A stretch of 64,000 nucleotides of DNA from Alphaproteobacteria bacterium. GTDB taxonomy: Bacteria; Pseudomonadota; Alphaproteobacteria; UBA828. The stretch lies in the NCBI GenBank assembly GCA_963422645.2, contig CAXXVO010000007.1, forward strand, positions 576,001 through 640,000, given 5' to 3'. The notes under the pieces were generated by a model. The model worked only from the letters and a program-made list of their open reading frames with translations. It did not search any database and was not told the DNA's origin. Position 1 is the stretch's first letter; each line of letters starts with the position of its first letter. The position numbers were made by a program, and so were the translations under genes. Below, piece after piece: positions 58,185 through 64,000 of this stretch.

Positions 58185-59802
58185 CAACACGATAGCGAGC
58201 CAGACCGAGGCCCTGATCGCCTACGCCGAGGACCACGGTTACAGCGTCGCGCCCGACATGATCATTGAAGATGACGGCTATACCGGCGCCGTTCTCGAAC
58301 GCCCGGGGCTCGAGCGGGTCAGGGATCTCGCCGCGGAAGGGCGCATCGACACGGTGCTGGTCCATGCCCCGGACCGTATGAGCCGGCGCTATGCCTACCA
58401 GGTTCTGATCATCGAGGAGCTGGCCCGTCAGGGCGTCGAGACCGTGTTCTTGAGAGCGCCGTCGATGGAAACCCCGGAAGATCATCTGCTCGTCCAGTTC
58501 CAGGGCATGATTGCGGAATACGAGCGCGCGCAAATCCTGGAGCGTTCCCGGCGCGGCAAGCGACATCGGGCGCGACGCGGCGAAATCGCCGTCCTCGGCG
58601 GCGCGCCCTATGGCTACCGCTACCACAAGAAAACCCCGGACAGCGATGCGTTCTACGAAATCGTCGAGCCGCAGGCGTCGGTGGTTCGCGAGGTTTACCG
58701 CTGCTACACCTGCGATCACATGAGCATCGGCGCGATCACCTGCAGGCTCAATGAGCGCGCGGTACCCACCTCCACCGGGCGCTCGCGCTGGGAACGCTCG
58801 ACGGTGTGGGCGATGCTCCGCAATCCGGCGTACAAGGGGAAAGCCTGTTTCGGCAAGACCCGCCAGATGCCGCGTAAATGTGTGACACGTCCTCTGCGCC
58901 TGCGCCGCGGCGTGGCCAGCGGCACGACCGGCGGTCACGAAAAACCGCGTGAGGAGTGGATCGAGATCCCGGTGCCGGCGATCGTCAGCGAAGAGACCTT
59001 CGCCCTGGCCGAAGAGCGGCTGGAGATGAACAAGATCCACGCGCCGCGTCGCACGAAGACGCCCAGCGTGCTCCAGGGACTGGTCTCGTGCGGCAAATGC
59101 GGCTACGCGCTGTCTCGCACATCGGCCCAGACGAGTGCCCGCAAGATCTCCTATTATCGCTGCCTGGGTTCTGACTCTTGGCGCCATCTCAACGGACCGG
59201 TGTGCGACAGTCGGCCGGTGCGCCAGGACTTGCTCGATGACGTCGTCTGGGGCGAAGTGGTCCGCCTGCTCGAGGATCCAGCACTGATCGGCGCCGAGAT
59301 CGACCGGCGACTACAGGCGGCCCGCGCTTCCGATCCAAACCAGCAGCGCGAGAACGACCTGCGGCACCGTCTGATCCGGGTCCGAAAAAGCATCGACCGC
59401 CTGGTCAACGCCTATCAGGAGGAGTTGATTACAATCGATGAACTGCGCGACAGAACGTCCGAGCTCCGTCGTCAGGATCAGGCTCTGAATCGCGAACTGC
59501 AATCCGCCGTCGATCGGGCGAAGGATCGCGAGACCTATCTCCGGCTCGCCGAGACGCTGACCGGCTTTCTGGCGCGGCTGCACTCGTCCGCCGAAACCCT
59601 GGACATCGCCGAACGGCAGCGCATCGTCCGGCTCATCGTGAAGGAGGTGTTGGTCACCGAGGACAAAATCACCATTCGCCATTCAATCCCAATCTCGGGA
59701 TCGCCAGGCGGCGGTCCAGACCCGTCGAAACCCGGCAACCACAGCACCGAAGGCGAAGGTTGCCTTTTGCGTTCAGGGCGTCATTTCACCGATCCTGGCT
59801 AA
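58132..59802 (+). CDS. large serine recombinase
   Basis: AIYARVS, DRMSR, PYGY, LQGLVSCGKCG zinc ribbon, coiled coil; the frame runs across the right att site. Confidence 0.95.
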   Translation: MKIAAIYARVSGERQRDDNTIASQTEALIAYAEDHGYSVAPDMIIEDDGYTGAVLERPGLERVRDLAAEGRIDTVLVHAPDRMSRRYAYQVLIIEELARQGVETVFLRAPSMETPEDHLLVQFQGMIAEYERAQILERSRRGKRHRARRGEIAVLGGAPYGYRYHKKTPDSDAFYEIVEPQASVVREVYRCYTCDHMSIGAITCRLNERAVPTSTGRSRWERSTVWAMLRNPAYKGKACFGKTRQMPRKCVTRPLRLRRGVASGTTGGHEKPREEWIEIPVPAIVSEETFALAEERLEMNKIHAPRRTKTPSVLQGLVSCGKCGYALSRTSAQTSARKISYYRCLGSDSWRHLNGPVCDSRPVRQDLLDDVVWGEVVRLLEDPALIGAEIDRRLQAARASDPNQQRENDLRHRLIRVRKSIDRLVNAYQEELITIDELRDRTSELRRQDQALNRELQSAVDRAKDRETYLRLAETLTGFLARLHSSAETLDIAERQRIVRLIVKEVLVTEDKITIRHSIPISGSPGGGPDPSKPGNHSTEGEGCLLRSGRHFTDPG

Positions 59803-60469
59803 CATCTACCTGCACTATGTCCTTGATCTCTGGTTCCAGCGGAAGTGGCGCAACCACGAGGTCGGAGGCGACACGATTATCGTGCGCTACGCCGACGACT
59901 TCGTGGTGGGCTTCCAGCACAAGCGGGATGCGGAGCGTTTTCTGAACGCCATGAAGGAGCGGTTCGGAGGTTTCGGACTGGACCTGCACCCCGACAAGAC
60001 CCGGCTCATCGAGTTCGGGCGGTTTGCCAGTGAGCGCCGCCGGGAACGAGGACAGGGTAAGCCGGAGGCCTTCGACTTTCTGGGCTTCACGCACTACTGC
60101 GCGGAGACCGGACAGGGACGGTTCCAGCTGGGGCGCAAGCCGGAGGCGAAGCGGATGGCACGCACTCTGAAACGGCTCAAGGAGGCGCTACGCAGGCGGA
60201 TGCATCACAAAGCTGTGGTCACGGCAAAATGGCTGGGAAAGGTGGTCGACGGATGGCTGAACTATTACGCCGTTCCAACCAGCTTCCTATCTCTAAGCCG
60301 ATTTGCCGATCGCCTGACGCGGCTGTGGCTGCGATGCTTGCGCCGCAGATCGCAGAAGGACCGCTTCTCATTGGCCAGCCTCATGGCCCTCAGAGGGGCA
60401 CACTGGCCCAAGCTCGAAATCCGACACCCGTGGCCGAGCCAACGACTCGCCGTCAGCACAACCCAAGGG

Positions 60470-60543
60470 AGGAGCCGGATGCCTTAGCGGGTATGTCCGG
60501 ATCCGTGCGGGGGGTCCCCAGCAATGGGGATCCCTACCGCGAT
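60470..60543 (+). ncRNA. group II intron domains V and VI
   Basis: GAGCCGGATGCC-TTAGC-GGGTATGTCCGGATC DV stem; GGTCCCCA-GCAA-TGGGGATC DVI with bulged A; ends in GAT. Confidence 0.88.
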
Positions 60544-60755
60544 CAACAGCCGGCGGCCGGCCGCGGCCATCCTTCAAGTGACAGCGCTGGCAGGCGCGCG
60601 CGTTGAAGAGGGGTCCGAGACCGTCCGACGACGTGGTCGAGCTCGGCGCCGAGACCCAGATCTTCCTGAAGATCCCGTTGCCGACCCTGAAGTCGCGTTC
60701 GCGCTTGAAAGGCATGTTGGCGGAGGGATGCGAGAACGCGTTCCGGTTCACCGCG
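60544..60755 (-). pseudogene. di-heme oxidoreductase (thiol oxidoreductase) family internal fragment
   Basis: NAFSHPSAN...FRVGNGIFRKIWVSAPSST..SDGLGPLFNARACQRCHLKDGRG with CxxCH. Confidence 0.8.
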
Positions 60756-61586
60756 ACGTCCGAGCGCGACGTGCTCTCACACTATGCGGATCTGGCGCAC
60801 GCCGTGTACGAGGATTCGCTGATCGCAGCCCGCGATCTACAAGGCGCGGTGAACCGGTTCATCGCCGACCCGATCGAGGCAAATATGTCGGCGGCGCGGG
60901 ATACCTGGCGGGCGGCGCGCGTCCCCTACCAGCAGAGCGAGGTCTACCGCTTCGGCAACGCCGTCGCCGACGACTGGGAAGGCAAGGTGAACGCCTGGCC
61001 GCTCGACGAAGGCCTCATCGACTACGTGGCGGCGAGCTACGGCGCGGAGTCGGAGGAGAATCCCGGCTATCGCGCCAACATCGTCGCCAGCCCGAGCTTC
61101 ACCTTCTCGGGCGAATTGATCGACGCGGGGAGCATCACCAAGGAGCTGCTCGCGGACACGTTGCATGAGCTTGGCGGCGTCGAGGCCAACGTGGCGACCG
61201 GCTACCATGCCGTCGAGTTTCTGCTCTGGGGCCAGGACCTGAACGGCACCTGCACCGGCGCGGGTGCGAGGCCTGCCAGCGACTTCGATCCGGCCAACTG
61301 CTCATGGGGCAACTGCGAGCGCCGCGCCGCCTACCTGCAGACGGCCACCGATCTGCTGATCGATGACCTCGAGTGGATGACCGCCCAGTGGGCACCGGGC
61401 GGCGAGGCCTACGACTAGCAAATCGGCGAGGGGAATGCGGCAGGCAACGCGAGGGTGCAGGCCGCGATCGATGCGCTGACCGCGCAGACGAGCGCGATCG
61501 AGGGCGCGGTCGCGGCGCTCAACCTCGCTTTGATCGACTTCGAGGGCTCGGACAGCCTCGACGACCCCGAGGCCGTCTTCGAGTAA
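60755..61586 (+). pseudogene. imelysin family iron-regulated protein; 5' truncated, internal deletion, nonsense codon at 61416
   Basis: ARVPYQQSEVYRFGN, VNAWPLDEGLIDYV, ATGYHAVEFLLWGQD, C-terminal FEGSDSLDDP. Confidence 0.85.
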
Positions 61587-61630
61587 GCGCCTTCCCGGCG
61601 GTCTGCCGCGCCAAACGACGCAGCAGACCG

Positions 61631-61664
61631 GGGCCGCCCCGCTCGACCCCCCGCGGGGCGGCCC
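61631..61664. terminator. GC-rich hairpin after the imelysin gene
   Basis: 12-bp stem GGGCCGCCCCGC/GCGGGGCGGCCC; no U-tract. Confidence 0.35.
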
Positions 61665-61748
61665 TCGAGCCGGCGCATTGGCCGGCGCCGGGGTGCGCGC
61701 ATCTTGGTTCGGTAGCGACCCACCCTCACCAGCACGGAGAGGCGAGCC

Positions 61749-62296
61749 ATGTGCGAACCTTGCGTCGTTCCGCCCAAGCAGAGCGGGAGCCAGCGCCACA
61801 AGCTGTGGGAGATCCGGCCGGACCTGCGTTGCACCATTATCGGCACCTGCCTCAGCTATGCCGATCTGCTCAAGATCGGCCGCAAGGCCGGCTTCGCGCC
61901 GAGCGAAACGGCCACCGAATACGAGATGCATAACTATTTCGTGCACCGCGCCGAGGAGCCGGACCGGCTCGCCCAGCTGATGCACAAGGCGCTGGACGCC
62001 AAGTACCGGGCCGGCATTCACGCCTGCCAGCAGGCGCAGTGCGTGGCAGATCTGGAGGAATTCTGGTCGGACGCTCTCGCCAAGGGCGATATCCCCGGGC
62101 CTACTGGGCGTTGATGACGCACCCCCTGACCTCGGAAGCGCTGCTGGTCCGCGCCTTCTGCCACACGGATGCGCTCTCGCACTTTATCGCTCACGGCAGC
62201 CGGCCTGTGGCCGGCGCCTCCGCGAGGGCGCACCGCAAAAGCGGCGGCCCGCGGTCGCGGCCTGTCGCGCGGCCGTCGAAGACGGACGCGCTCTAG
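61749..62296 (+). pseudogene. N-terminal part of a DUF2325-type protein, frameshift at ~62098
   Basis: KLWEI...CTIIGTCL...GDIPG/AYWALMTHP pattern split across two frames; the C-terminus is missing. Confidence 0.55.
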
Positions 62297-62330
62297 TTCT
62301 CAGTCATCCTGACGTTTGACCGCCTCGTGC

Positions 62331-63167
62331 TCAGGCGCCGGGCTTGCGGGCGTGGACGATGTAATTCACCGCGAGATTGGAGCTCGTCGTCCAGCCGCCG
62401 GCAAGCGGGTTGTAGACCATGCCCCGCATGTCGGCGACAGTCAGCCCGTGGCGGCGCAGCAGGCGCACCATCTCGGCCGGGCGCACGAAGCGCGACCAGT
62501 CGTGGCTGCCGGCCGGTAGCCAGCCCAGAATCCGCTCGGCCGCGACGATGGCCAGCGCATAGGCCGCAAGCGTGCGGTTGAGCGTCGCCACGACGAGCGA
62601 CCCGCCTGGCTTGACCAGGCTCGTGCAGGCGTCGGCGAAGACGTCGAGATCGGCCACGTGCTCGACGATTTCGAGCGCCAGCACGGCGTCGAACAGCTCG
62701 CCGTCTGCGGCCAGTGCCTCGGCCGTGGCGTGGCGGTAGTCGATGGCGAGCTCTTGCTCCTCGGCGTGGTGGCGGGCGGCGCGGATATTGGGCTCCGCCG
62801 CGTCGATGGCGACTACGTCGGCGCCCAGCCGACACAGGGGCTCGGCCATCAGGCCGCCGCCGCAGCCGACATCGAGGAGTCTCAGGCCGGCGAGGGGCTT
62901 GAGCGATGTTGCTGCGTCGGTGCGCGCGCAGGCAGCGGCTTCGGCGACCACCGCGTCCCGCACATAGGCGATGCGCACCGGGTTCAGCGCGTGGAGCGCG
63001 CGGAAGGCACCGTGACGGTCCCACCACCGCTCCGCAAGCGCGGCGAAGCGCTCGATCTCTTCCGGGTCGACGCTGGGGTCCAAAGCAGGCTCGGCCGCGG
63101 CGGCGCGGGGCGCTTCTGCACCCTCTGCGGTATCCGGCGATCGCCCTTCGCGTCTGTCCCCGGCCAT
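62331..63167 (-). CDS. ubiG: ubiquinone biosynthesis O-methyltransferase
   Basis: [42 protein letters not shown]. Confidence 0.93.
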   Translation of the reverse strand: MAGDRREGRSPDTAEGAEAPRAAAAEPALDPSVDPEEIERFAALAERWWDRHGAFRALHALNPVRIAYVRDAVVAEAAACARTDAATSLKPLAGLRLLDVGCGGGLMAEPLCRLGADVVAIDAAEPNIRAARHHAEEQELAIDYRHATAEALAADGELFDAVLALEIVEHVADLDVFADACTSLVKPGGSLVVATLNRTLAAYALAIVAAERILGWLPAGSHDWSRFVRPAEMVRLLRRHGLTVADMRGMVYNPLAGGWTTSSNLAVNYIVHARKPGA

Positions 63168-63283
63168 CGATGCGCTCCTCTCCGGCACGGCCGCCAGCTT
63201 GCACGGTCGCGACCGAGTCAGTATGTAGGGGCGTCTCCACGACCGGCAAGCGTCGCCTCTCCGGCGCGGACGCGTCCCATCCA

Positions 63284-64000
63284 ATGGCTCTAATCGTTCA
63301 CAAATACGGCGGCACGTCGCTGGCTGACCTCGACCGCATCAACGCCGTCGCCGACCGGGTGAAGGCCTCATTCGATGGCGGCGATGAAATAGCGGTGGTG
63401 GTCTCGGCGATGGCCGGCACCACCGACCAGCTGGTTTCCTGGGTGCGCGCCGCGGCGCCGCTCCACGATGCGCGGGAATACGACACCGTCGCCGCGGCGG
63501 GCGAGCAGATCACCGCCGGCCTGCTGGCGCTTGCGCTGCAACACCGCGGCATCACGGCGCGCTCGTGGCTCGGCTGGCAGATCCCTATTCATACCGATGG
63601 CGGCCATGGGCGCGCGCGGATCGAGGGGATCGAAACCGCAGAGCTGCACCGGCGTATCGAGCGCCGCGAGGTGCCGGTGGTGGCGGGCTTCCAGGGCCTG
63701 GGTCCGCTCGGACGGATCACGACCCTGGGCCGGGGCGGCACCGATACTTCGGCAGTCGCCCTTGCTGCGGCGCTGGGCGCGGACCGGTGCGATATCTTCA
63801 CGGACGTGGAAGGCGTGTTTACTGCCGATCCGCGCATCGTTGCGACGGCGCACAAGCTGACTAAGATTACTTACGAAGAGATGCTGGAGCTCGCCTCAGT
63901 CGGCGCCAAGGTCTTGCAGACTCGCGCCGTCGAGATGGCGATGAAGCACCAGGTGCCGCTTCAGGTCGCCTCCAGCTTCGCCAACACCCCCGGAACATTC
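63284..64000 (+). CDS. lysC: aspartate kinase (runs off the window edge)
   Basis: [48 protein letters not shown]. Confidence 0.95.
   Translation, partial: MALIVHKYGGTSLADLDRINAVADRVKASFDGGDEIAVVVSAMAGTTDQLVSWVRAAAPLHDAREYDTVAAAGEQITAGLLALALQHRGITARSWLGWQIPIHTDGGHGRARIEGIETAELHRRIERREVPVVAGFQGLGPLGRITTLGRGGTDTSAVALAAALGADRCDIFTDVEGVFTADPRIVATAHKLTKITYEEMLELASVGAKVLQTRAVEMAMKHQVPLQVASSFANTPGTF

Larger units (their letters stand above)
57549..59782 (+). mobile_element. large serine recombinase element integrated in the intron RT gene
   Basis: Perfect 20-bp terminal IR GACGCCCTGAACGCAAAAGG; AT core duplicated (57547-57548, 59783-59784). Confidence 0.92.
57097..60543 (+). mobile_element. ltrA: group II intron, 5' truncated, with RT/maturase split by an LSR element
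   Basis: IPKPDGGTRPLG, SYGFRPG, TPQGSV-ISPILAN, RYADDF, FDFLGF; RT pieces at 57097-57548 and 59785-60487. Confidence 0.9.

Overview
This GC-rich window is probably alphaproteobacterial (divergent ubiG/lysC at the right edge; inference) and has three parts. (1) 1363-27168 is almost entirely mobile DNA. An IS66 is followed by a six-level nest whose junctions can be read at base resolution: outer IS21 > IS66+DUF4338 element with 135-bp terminal inverted repeats (8-bp TSD) > Mu-like mini-prophage (5-bp TSD) > inner IS21 > DDE-transposase/ExeA-ATPase/helicase/primase transposon (3-bp TSD) > IS1634. A side branch in the same DUF4338 gene holds a large serine recombinase (LSR) element, itself hit by IS1595. 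(2) 27169-48480 carries mostly intact catabolic genes: myo-inositol genes (iolG/iolD/iolE), an NMT1/THI5-type ABC transporter with FAD oxidoreductase, CoA-transferase and enoyl-CoA hydratase, a 2OG-Fe(II) oxygenase, a Pot-like ABC transporter and a deaminase. (3) 49109-62296 holds a large Calx-beta/autotransporter-like gene split by a tandem IS110 (IS1111-type) whose 3' non-coding end folds into a bridge/seekRNA-like structure with guides matching its own target and donor. It also holds a 5'-truncated group II intron whose RT is split by a second LSR element, and a decayed imelysin/di-heme oxidoreductase locus. The best novelty candidates are the helicase/primase-carrying DDE-ExeA transposon, the IS66-DUF4338 element, and the QueC-like gene at the mom-equivalent end of the Mu-like element. 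All protein family calls come from motif recognition by eye; no database search was run.
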